Shown here piece by piece: positions 53,326 to 62,648 of a stretch of DNA of 64,000 nt. A program made the position numbers and the translations under genes. Within the stretch, counting starts at the first letter, position 1. Each line of letters starts with the position of its first letter. This DNA is from an uncultured delta proteobacterium. GTDB lineage: Bacteria > Desulfobacterota > Binatia > UBA9968. The notes beneath the pieces are model-generated. The model saw nothing but the letters and a program-made list of their open reading frames with translations, was not told where the DNA came from and ran no database searches. The DNA lies in assembly GCA_963745035.1 (NCBI GenBank), contig CAVUVW010000004.1:1-64000 (forward strand), read 5' to 3'.

Positions 53326-54311
53326 ACATGCGAATGAGCAACTTGACTCAAATCATCTTTCTGGCCGTCTTTCTGCTCTGTGCTTCGACGGCGGAGCTGC
53401 CGGCGCAGGCGCGCCCCGAAAAGATCGTCTTCTCGATTCCCAGCCGGAGCATCGCTGCTATCGATCTTTACGTCGCCAAGGAGCGGGGCTTCTTTCGCGA
53501 TGAAGGCCTCGACGTCGATATCGTGCAGATCCGCGGCAATGTGGCGGTGGCGGCGGCGTTGAGCGGCCAGGTGCAGGCAACCAACGGGGTTGGAACGGTT
53601 ATTCGCGCGCTGGAGCGGAGCGAGATTCCCCTCAAAGTTCTCACGGTAAGCCTCAAAAGAAATCTGTTCTGGCTTGTCGCGCGAAAAGAAATTACCTCGA
53701 TTGCCCAGCTTAAAGGAAAGATTTTGGGCACGACGACCTTCGGCGGTTCACAGCATACGGCCGCGACCCGGATCATACGAAAGGGCGGCGTCGATCCGGA
53801 TAAGGATCTTACGGTGGTGGTAGGAGGAGATGTGCCGGCGCAGCTACAAAGTTTGATTAGTGGAGTTATCGACGTCGCCGCGCTTTCCCCGCCTACGGTG
53901 ATCTTGGCGCGTGACAAGTTTCAAATGAATGTGCTCGGGTCGGCCATGGAAGATCTCTCGAACCTCCAGAACGGCACCGCCGTAACCGAGAAATATCTGC
54001 GCGAGAACAGAGACCTGTTGAAGCGGATTCTGCGCGCTCGCGCCAAGGCGAACCGTTATTTCTGGGAAAACGAGCGAGGCACAAGCGAAGTCCTGGCGAA
54101 ATTTCAGAACGTCGATCTTGCCGTCGCGCGCGAATCTTATCGATTGGCCAAACCCGCTTTCACCGCGGATGGAATTCCTTCGCCCAAAGAGATCGACGAG
54201 TTTCTCAAGGCCGATGCCGAGCTGCTGAAATTGAAGGAACCGATCGCCGCGGCAAAGATCTTCGACTTCTCGCTGCAGCGTGAAGTGAATCAGGAGCTGG
54301 GCATGAAATAG
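53322..54311 (+). CDS. NMT1/THI5/SsuA-type substrate-binding protein
   Basis: Signal peptide, GFFRDEGLDVDIV, LKGKILGTTTFGGS, IFDFSL; ATGA overlap with the previous gene. Confidence 0.88.
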   Translation: MNMRMSNLTQIIFLAVFLLCASTAELPAQARPEKIVFSIPSRSIAAIDLYVAKERGFFRDEGLDVDIVQIRGNVAVAAALSGQVQATNGVGTVIRALERSEIPLKVLTVSLKRNLFWLVARKEITSIAQLKGKILGTTTFGGSQHTAATRIIRKGGVDPDKDLTVVVGGDVPAQLQSLISGVIDVAALSPPTVILARDKFQMNVLGSAMEDLSNLQNGTAVTEKYLRENRDLLKRILRARAKANRYFWENERGTSEVLAKFQNVDLAVARESYRLAKPAFTADGIPSPKEIDEFLKADAELLKLKEPIAAAKIFDFSLQREVNQELGMK

Positions 54312-54342
54312 TGCGCTTCTGGCGGTGACGATTCGGTGAATT

Positions 54343-54849
54343 ATGGAAGCGGAATTGGCGCAAAGACTCGTCGGCGGCCTCAAGCAAGCCGGTATCGATC
54401 TCGTGACTTACTTGCCGGAAACCCGGCTCAGCCAGATCTTACCGCTTTTGCGCGGCGATCCATCGTTTACCTTGGTGCCCGTCGCCAGCGAATCGGAGGC
54501 GGTCACGATCGGCGCGGGCGCGGCGTTGGCGGGCAAGCAAGTCGCGATCTATATGGAATGCACTGGGCTCTATGTCTCATGCTACACGCTCGTGTCCATC
54601 GCCCGGCGCTACGGTGTCCCTTTGCTGCTGGTGGTCGCCTATCTCGGCAGTATGGCCGATCAGCGCAACAATTCGGTTTATGCCGTATCGGGAACCTACG
54701 TCGAGCCGTTGTTGGAAGCGTTGCAGATTCAATTCCAGATCATCAAGAGCGGCGAACGGCTCGAAGCTGATATCCAGGACGCGGTGCGGCACATGCATGC
54801 GCTCAAGCTGCCCGTGGCGCTGGTGTTTACCGGAGACTTCACCGAATGA
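54343..54849 (+). CDS. ComD alpha-like ThDP enzyme subunit, copy 2
   Basis: LKQAGIDLVTYLPETRL, SESEAV.IGAGA.LAG; paralog of 51821. Confidence 0.85.
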   Translation: MEAELAQRLVGGLKQAGIDLVTYLPETRLSQILPLLRGDPSFTLVPVASESEAVTIGAGAALAGKQVAIYMECTGLYVSCYTLVSIARRYGVPLLLVVAYLGSMADQRNNSVYAVSGTYVEPLLEALQIQFQIIKSGERLEADIQDAVRHMHALKLPVALVFTGDFTE

Positions 54850-55445
54850 TCCGCTATGATTGCTTGAAGCTGCTGGCCCCGCGGATTACCGACCAACTCG
54901 TCGTGACTTCGCTCAGCGGGCAAAAGATCGAGTGGGCGAGTCTGTCGCAGCACCCGGGCAATCTCCTGGTCGGCACCATGGGAACGGCGCTCGGCGTGGG
55001 CATTGGCCTGGCCATCGGTTTGCCACGGCGCAAAGTCATCGTCTTGGAATCCGACGGCAGCGTGCTGCTCTCGCTGTTCAATCTGGCGACCTTGGCCAAT
55101 CTCGATCCGAAGAACTTGATCGCCTTCGTCTTCGATAACCAGGTATACAGCGGCACGCGCATCAGCGAGCCGACCGCCACAGCGGGTAAAACCGATCTGG
55201 CGATGATGGCGCGCGGAGCGGGCATCGAGCAAGCAACGACGGTGCGCGATTTGCCGACGTTTGAACAGGTAATGAACGCGGCACTCGATGGAAATCAGCT
55301 TAAATTTATCGTTTGCAAGGTCGAAGAGAGCGTTTCCCACAGGGAAATATTGCGTACGGATTTGGATCCCATCGAAAACAAATATCAGTTTGTCCGCTAT
55401 CTCGAACGGAGCGAAGGCAAACCGATCTTCCGCAGCCGCGGCTGA
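54846..55445 (+). CDS. ComE beta-like ThDP enzyme subunit, copy 2
   Basis: VGTMG, ESDGSVLL...FDNQVYSGT; ATGA overlap with the alpha subunit. Confidence 0.85.
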   Translation: MIRYDCLKLLAPRITDQLVVTSLSGQKIEWASLSQHPGNLLVGTMGTALGVGIGLAIGLPRRKVIVLESDGSVLLSLFNLATLANLDPKNLIAFVFDNQVYSGTRISEPTATAGKTDLAMMARGAGIEQATTVRDLPTFEQVMNAALDGNQLKFIVCKVEESVSHREILRTDLDPIENKYQFVRYLERSEGKPIFRSRG

Positions 55446-55479
55446 TCGAGCGAAGAAAGAAAGGAACCGAGGAACTTCA

Positions 55480-56238
55480 ATGAATGAGAACAATCAGGCC
55501 GGCGAGTACGTCAACGAGCACTACCGAAAGGTCGCCGCGCGATGGCGCGCGCGGGTCACCGATTCGCCCTTCATGCAGCAATTGAGGGCCGGCACCCTCC
55601 CGATGGAGAAACTTCGGACATTTTTCAAGAACTGGGGTTCCTACACGATTGAGATCAACACGGTGGAGGCGGCTTCGTACCACAAACATATTTCGTTCTT
55701 TCGCAAGCATCGCGATCTCATGGCGCGCATGGCCGAAAAGCTCGCCGACGAGTTGATTCACCCCAAGCCGCCTGGGCATGTGCACGTGGTCGTGGAAACC
55801 GCCAAGGCTTTGGGCATCACCGAAGATGAGATTTTCATGGCGCCAATGCTCGCTGAGTTTCGCGCCAAGCTCGATTTCAAGAGATCGCTTTTGTGGGAAG
55901 GGACGATGGCGGAGTTCTACGCCGCGGGCGCGACGGAAGAACAGACAGGCTACTGGTCCGCGGATTTCTACAAGGCGCTGACCACCCATTACGGTCTCTC
56001 GCGCGAGCAGGCGGTGTACTTTTCCACCCACGAAGAAGCCGATCTCAAGGAACACGACGGCGTGATGGGCCACGGGAGTTTCCGCCGCCTGGTTCTCAAG
56101 ACGCTCTTGGAGGACGGTATGGCACAAGCGCGGCCGGGCTACACTTTGGAGTATTGCGGCTTGACCGCGGTCGACTTGCATGGCGTCTGCTTACAAGCCG
56201 CTTTCGACGCTGCCTCCAAGGATTCACGGGGAAAGTAG
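55480..56238 (+). CDS. Heme-oxygenase-like di-iron / TenA-PqqC-CADD family redox enzyme
   Basis: SPFMQQLRAGTL, LADEL......GH, TEEQ, YFSTHEEAD...H; start taken at ATG 55480 after a GAGGA RBS. Confidence 0.75.
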   Translation: MNENNQAGEYVNEHYRKVAARWRARVTDSPFMQQLRAGTLPMEKLRTFFKNWGSYTIEINTVEAASYHKHISFFRKHRDLMARMAEKLADELIHPKPPGHVHVVVETAKALGITEDEIFMAPMLAEFRAKLDFKRSLLWEGTMAEFYAAGATEEQTGYWSADFYKALTTHYGLSREQAVYFSTHEEADLKEHDGVMGHGSFRRLVLKTLLEDGMAQARPGYTLEYCGLTAVDLHGVCLQAAFDAASKDSRGK

Positions 56239-56242
56239 AGAA

Positions 56243-58507
56243 GTGAAAGCACACGTCAGCCAAGCGCGTTATAAGACGGCGCGAAAAGTCATCGGCACGC
56301 CGGTGCAGCGGCTCGAAGGTCCGGAGAAAGTGTCGGGGCGAGCGACCTATGCCACCGACGTGAGCCTTCCAGGCATGCTCTGGTGCAAAGTCCTGCGCAG
56401 CCCGATCTCTTACGGGCGCATCAAGCGGATCGACGTGAGCCGCGCGCTTGAATTGCCCGGCGTCCATGCGATCGCCACCGGCGAAGACGTGCAGGGGCTG
56501 CTGATCGGCAGAAAAATCTACGACATGCCGATCCTCGCCGACGGCGTGGTACGCTTCATCGGCGAGAAAGTCGCCGCGGTGGCGGCGGAGAGCGAAGAGC
56601 GATCGCCGAAGAAGCGATCGAGCTGATCGATGTCGAGTACGAGGAAATGACGCCGCTGCTCGATCCACTCAAGGCGGTCCAGCCTGACGCGCCGCTACTC
56701 CATCCCAACGTGCAGGGCTATCGCGGGCTGCTCCATCCGATCGATGCACCGACCAATGTTTTCGTGCACATGAACTGGAAAAAGGACGACGTCGAAACGG
56801 GCTTTCGCGAGTCCGATGTTATCGTCGAGAACACGTTTACGACCAAACCGGTGCATCAAGCCTATATCGAGCCCCACGCTTGCGTTGTGCAAGCGCAAGA
56901 AAATGGCAATGGCGACATCTGGGCCTGTTCTAAAGTTCCCTTTGCGCTGCGCGAGCAAGTGGCGAACGCCTTCGGCAAAGGCCTGGAAAATTTTATCGTT
57001 CATCCGTGCTACATCGGTGGCTGCTTCGGCGGCAAGGGCGACTTCATGGACGTACCGGTTTGCTATCTGCTCTCGCTCAAGAGCGGCAGGCCGGTAAAAA
57101 TGGTGATGGATTATTCCGAGGAGTTCGTCGCCGGCAATCCGCGCCACGCTGCCATCGTGCAGGTCAAAACCGGCGTCAAAAAAGACGGCCGGATTGTCGC
57201 CCATCAGATGAACTATGTCTTCGACAGCGGCGCCTACGGTGCGTTCAAGCCGCAGGGCTATTTGGTCGGTCCCAAGGAAGCCGCCGGCCCGTACAATATT
57301 CCCAACGTCTTCATCGAAGAGAAGATCGTCTACACGAACAAAATACCGTGCGGCCACATGCGCGCGCCGGGCGATCCGCAGGGCTTTTTTGCCAACGAGT
57401 CGCAGATGGACTTGATCGCGCGCCGTTTGGGCATGGACCCCGTTGCGTTCAGAAAAAAGAATCTCATGCATGACGGCGACCTCTCGCCCATCGGCCATGC
57501 GGTGCCGCATATCAAGAGCGACGAGATTCTCGATGGCGCAGTCGAAAGCTCCGGTTATCGCCGGCCGAAGCGAAAACATACCGGCCGCGGCATCGGCGAT
57601 TGCCCAGTGGCTGCCGCTCGGCGGCGAGTGCCACGCGTTCGTAAAGATCGATGAGCGAGGAGCAGTCACGGTAGCCACCGCGATGCTCGATCAGGGCGCG
57701 GGCACGCACACGGCCATGCGCCTGGTTGCGGCAGAGGAGTTGAAGATTCCGCTCGAGAAAACCGGCATTGCAACGCTCGACACCAGCGACGTCGGGCCGG
57801 ACACGGGAATCGGCGCCAGCCGCGGCACGCGAATTTTCGGCAACGCCACCCGCTTGGCGGCGGCGCATGCGCGACGAGCAACTGCTTGCCGCGGCAAGCG
57901 AGGTGCTCGGAGTCGGTCAAGAAGAACTTTCGCTGTCGGGTGACGGCGAGAGTAGCGGCTTTGTCTGGACGGAGTGTGAGTTACGCCGACCTTGCGCGCA
58001 GCAATGGCTCGGCCATTCGCGGCGCTGGCTTCTACAAGAATTTCGAGTCGGGGCCCGAAGCGGCGCTCTGCGTGCAGGTGGCCGAAGTGGATGTCGATCC
58101 GGAAACCGGCCAGGTGAAGCTTAGCCATTTCACCAGCGCGCACAGCACCGGCACCGTGTTGAATCCGCTCATGCATCAAGGCCAGATCGACGGCGGCGTC
58201 GTGATGGGTATGGGATACGCGCTGATGGAAGGCGTGATGATCGACGGCGGCAGTGTGGTCACGACCAACTTCGGCGAAAACAAGATTCCCGTCGATTTGC
58301 GACATTCCACCTTTGAAAACCGTGATTCAAGAATTCCCCGTGGGCAACGGTCCCTACGGCGGCATGAGCATCGGCGAGCCGCCGGTCGTTCCTACGGCTG
58401 CCGCGATCGCCAACGCCGTGCAAGATGCCGTCGGGGCGCGGATTTACGATTTGCCGATCACGGCGGAGAAGGTGCTGCGCGCGCTCGGCAGCGAGAAGAC
58501 GCGGTAG
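56243..58507 (+). CDS. Xanthine dehydrogenase/CoxL family molybdopterin-binding large subunit, several frameshifts
   Basis: KVSGRATYATD, VRFIGEKVAAV, QAYIEPH, GGCFGGKG, MRAPG, DQGAG, AEVDVDPETG, GQIDGG..MGMG, IGEPP...AAAIANAV. Confidence 0.9.
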
Positions 58508-58608
58508 TAATGGAGTATTGGGAGCTCTCGATATCGATGGACCTAATCGTTGGCTCGGCATCCCCGTTGCGACGGATTATTTTACCTGCTAATTCAATTG
58601 GACCAACT

Positions 58609-59117
58609 ATGAAAGACGAACTGGCGAAACGATTGGTTCAAGGCCTGAAAGACGCCGGCATCGATTTCGTCACCTATTTGCCGGAGACGCGCTTGAGCCA
58701 GATCTTGCCGTTGATCCGCGACGATCCGGAAATGGAGTTGATCGCGGCAGCGAACGAGCAGGAGGCGGTGACGATCGCCGCGGGCGCGACCCTTGGCGGC
58801 AAGCAGGCGGCCGTTTACATGGAAAACACCGGCATCTACGTATCGAGCTACAGCTTGCTGACCGATCGGCAAGCAACTCGGCGTGCCGATCCTGCTCGTG
58901 GTCGGCTATCTGGGCGGCGTGCCCGACCTGCGCAACAGCTTTCTTTACGCCACCATCGGCAAGCACACGATTCCCACCCTCGACGGGCTGGGCATCGAAT
59001 ACATGCTTCTCAAACGACGGCGACAAGCTCGAAATCAAGATCGGCGACGCGATGCGGGCGGCCAATGCGCTGCGCGCGCCCTACGCGCTGCTGTTCGCCG
59101 GGGAGTTTTCCGAATGA
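58609..59117 (+). CDS. ComD alpha-like ThDP enzyme subunit, copy 3, frameshifted
   Basis: MKDELAKRLVQGLKDAGIDFVTYLPETRL, NEQEAV.IAAGA.LGG; ends GEFSE with ATGA overlap. Confidence 0.8.
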
Positions 59118-59723
59118 TCCGCTCACGAATGTCTTCGAATGGCTCGCCGGGCAAGATGAGCAGATCAATTGGTCGTCACTTCGCAGAGCGGCCAGCGCAT
59201 CGAATGGTCGCACTTGTCGAAGCACGAAGGCAATTTGCTGGTCGGCATGATGGGCTGCGCCATCGGCGTGGCGACCGGATTGGCTTTGGCTTTGCCGCAC
59301 CGCAAGGTGATCGCGCTCGACTCCGACGGCAGCGTGCTGCTGTCGCTGTTCAATCTCGCCGACCTTGGGCAATTTGCGTCCGAAAAATCTGGTCGTTTAC
59401 GTCTTCGACAACGGCGTTTACAGCGGCAGCCGCATCAGTTATCCGACGGCGACCGCCGGCAACACGGATCTGGCCGCGATGGCGCGCGGCGCGGGCATCG
59501 CCAATGCGCACACGATCGACGACGTCGAAGATTTCAAGAACAAAGGCGATGCGCGGCGCTGGCGCGCGACGAGCTGGCTTTCTTTGTCTGCAAAGTCGAA
59601 GAGAGCTTGCTGCACCGGGAGATTCCCCGGCCCAACACCGATCTCGCCGAAAACAAATATACTTTTGTGCGGTATCTGGAGCGCACGGAAGAAAAAACGA
59701 TGCCGTTCGTCGGGCGCGGCTAA
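59114..59723 (+). CDS. ComE beta-like ThDP enzyme subunit, copy 3, frameshifted
   Basis: VGMMG, DSDGSVLL, FDNGVYSGS, ENKYTFVRYLER. Confidence 0.8.
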
Positions 59724-59746
59724 CGTAAGATCTCAGGAGAAACAAA

Positions 59747-60788
59747 GTGGGATATGTGAAGAACTAGTTTTGATCGCGTGCGGTCCTTGCGCTCGGCGTT
59801 GCGGCTGCGCAGCCTACGGCTCAGGCGCAGGATTTCTACAAAGACAAAACGCTTGACGATCATCGTCGGCTATTCGCCCGGCGGTTCCTTCGATCTCTAC
59901 GCGCGCGTGATCGCGCGTTACATCGGCCGCTATCTGCCGGGCAATCCGACGCGCATCGTGGAAAACATGACGGGCGCGGGCGGGCTGATCGCCGCCAACC
60001 ATCTGTACAACCGCGGTCAAGCCGGACGGCTTGACGATCGGCGCATGGGCGTCGCCGTTGGTGTTGCAGCACATCATGGGCAATGAGGCGGCGCAGTTCG
60101 ACGGTCGCAAGTTCGGCTATCTCGGCATCCCCAGCCCGTACGACACGGTCTGCACGTTCAATCAGCAAAGCGGCATTACCAAGATGGACGATTGGATCAA
60201 CGCCAAGCGGCCGCAGAAAATTTCCGCCATCGGTCCGGGCACGAGCACGTCGGATATTCCCAAGCTGCTCAAAGCGGCGCTGAATCTGCCGATGGACGTG
60301 ATCGACGGCTACAAAGGCGGCGCGGACGCGCGCCTGGCGGTCGAGTCGGGCGAAGTCGACGGCTACTGCGGCTCGTGGGGCACGGTGGAAACGGTGTGGC
60401 GCGGCGCCTTCGAAAGCGAAGAAAGTTCATCCGGTGTTGCAGGCGTCGCTGAAATCGCATCCCAAATACAAGCAATATCCGCTCGCGATCAGCTACGCCA
60501 AGACCGAAGAAGCCCGCGAGTTGCTCACGGTCGCCGACAACGCCCACGGCGCGCAATTTCCTTTCACCGTGCCGCCGGGCATGGCCAAGGAGCGGCTGGA
60601 GATGTTGCAGCAGGCTTTCATCAAGACCCTTAAGGATCCCGATCTCATCGCCGAAGCAAAGCAAGTCGCAGCTGGACATCGACCCGGTCGACGGTCCGAC
60701 GGTGACGAAGACTCTGGCGGGTCTCTACGACTTCAAGCCGGCGACCGTGGCACGGCTGAAGGAAATTCTCCTGGCGAAAAAGAGATAA
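59747..60788 (+). CDS. Tripartite tricarboxylate transporter substrate-binding protein (TctC/Bug), frameshifted
   Basis: QDFYKDK, IIVGYSPGGSFDLYAR, VENMTGAGG, GYKGG...LAVESGEVDG. Confidence 0.85.
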
Positions 60789-60947
60789 ACGCGTAGCTCC
60801 GATCCCGAGTCCGGCATTGAGCCAGCCAAGCACGGCCATGCCGAATCGCGCATTCTAACTTGACACTCCCGGCGGTTTCCCGATAGACACTCACACAGAA
60901 GATTTTGCTCCCGATCGACACTCTTCGACGAAGGGAGGCCGGCGAAC

Positions 60948-61909
60948 ATGGCGGAAATCGTAATCGGCATCGGCACATCCCACAGCCCGCAGTTGAGCAT
61001 CCGCGCAAAGGACTGGGAATACCTTCTCAAAAAGGACGAGACCGATCCGCGGCTCGACTATCCAGGCCTTGCTGCAAAAAGGCCAAACCGGGCCTCGATA
61101 AACGAGCTGACGCCGGAGAAATTTCGCGAGCGCGATCAGGCTTGCCAGACGGCGATCCGAACCTTGGGCGAGGCGCTGCAAGCGGCGCGCGCCGATCTGG
61201 TGGTGATTTTCGGCGACGATCAGCAGGAGCAGTTTCACGACGACAACATGCCGACGTTCGCGATCTATCACGGCAAGTCGGTGCCGGTCGTAAAGGACAA
61301 CAAGCATCAATCCGTCGGGGTGGAAAGACGCGGAGCGGCGCGGTTGGGCCGAAACCGCGGCGGAGTACGACACCGCGCAGGAGCTAGCCAATCATCTGAT
61401 TCGCTCGCTCGTCGATGCCGAGTTCGACATCGCGCGCTGCAACAAGCTGCGCGAAGAAATCGGCGTCGGCCATGCCTTCAGCTTTCTCTACCGGCGCATC
61501 TTGCCGGGCGGCAAGCTGCCCATGGTGCCGGTGATGGTCAACACTTATTATCCCCCCAATCAGCCGACGCCGAAGCGCTGCTACGCTTTCGGCCAGGCGG
61601 TGCGCAACGCGATCGAATCGTGGGACAGCGACAAGCGAGTGGCGCTCATGGCTTCGGGCGGGCTGAGCCACGTGGTGATCGATGAAGAAATCGACGCCAT
61701 GGTCATCGACGGCTGAAGAACAAGAAGCCGGAAGTCGTTGTTTCAGTTTGCCGCGGGAAAAACTGCGCGGCGGCACATCGGAAATCCTCAACTGGGTGGC
61801 GTTGGCCGGTGCCATGGAAAAGCGCGAACTCAAGTATTTCGAATACGTCACGACCTACCGTTCTCCGGCGGCGACCGGGTGCGGGATGGGGTTTGCGTAC
61901 TGGACGTAG
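60948..61909 (+). CDS. LigB-superfamily extradiol dioxygenase (DesZ/3-O-methylgallate 3,4-dioxygenase-like), frameshifted
   Basis: MAEIVIGIGTSHSP, FGDDQQEQF, VGHAF, NTYYPPNQPT, ASGGLSH, GTSEILNW. Confidence 0.85.
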
Positions 61910-61947
61910 AGTCGGCGGCAGTTTCGCCGCGCGTGACAGGATTTTTC

Positions 61948-62612
61948 ATGGCAAGAGAAGCGATCATCGAACGGCTGGCGAAGCTCGATACCTGCGCAGT
62001 TTCGGATGCACTGGATAGCTTGGATCTGAAAGGCGCGACTTGGGGCGTGCGGCCACAGTGGCAGTGCCCGCGGATCGTCGGCCGGGCGGTGACGATGAAG
62101 ATCAAGCCGGCGGGATTCGCAGCAACCAAAGCAACATCTCGGCACCGCGCCCATCGAAGCGGCGCAGTCCGGCGATATCATCGTCATCGACAACGGCGGC
62201 AAGCTGGAGTTTTCCTGCTGGGGCGGTTTGCTGGCGCTCTCGGCGAAGTTGAAAGGCTTGAGCGGTGTGGTGATCGACGGCGCGTCGCGCGACATCGACG
62301 AAGCGCGCGAGCTGGAATTTCCCGTTTTTGCGCGCGGCGCAGTGCCGATGACCGCGCGTGGGCGGATTGTCCAAGAATCCTTCAATCAGGAAATTCAATT
62401 TGCCGGCGTGCAATGCCGATCCCGGAGATCTGGTGATCGCGGACGGCAGCGGCGTGGTGATTATTCCCAAAGAGAAAGAAGCCGAGGTGGTGACCGCGGC
62501 GGAGACGATTTACGCCAAAGAACAGGAAATGGCCGCGGGCATCCGCAAAGGCTTTTCCGGCCTAGAGATGCTCGAAAAGCTCGGCTATGAGCAGATGCTG
62601 AACAAAAAATAG
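61948..62612 (+). CDS. RraA family / HMG-CHA aldolase (LigK-like), frameshifted
   Basis: DTCAVSDALD, VGRAVT, WGGLL, GVVIDGASRD, FPVFARG, PGDLVIADGSGVV. Confidence 0.88.
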
Positions 62613-62648
62613 CAAAGGCAAGTAATTTAGATTGCCATAAAAGAAACG

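Noticed and set aside
51194-55445. Coenzyme M or phosphonate biosynthesis cluster
   Set aside because: No ComA/ComB/ComC, cysteate synthase or PEP mutase nearby, and the ComDE-like motifs are altered.
56243-58507. Aerobic CO dehydrogenase CoxL
   Set aside because: Lacks the AYxCSFR/AYxGAGR active-site loop (has GASRGT) and coxM/coxS.
57886-59250. 454-aa ORF that looks like an Xdh-ComD fusion
   Set aside because: Frameshift artefact: the Xdh C-terminus ends at 58507 in another frame and the ComD-like gene has its own ATG at 58609.
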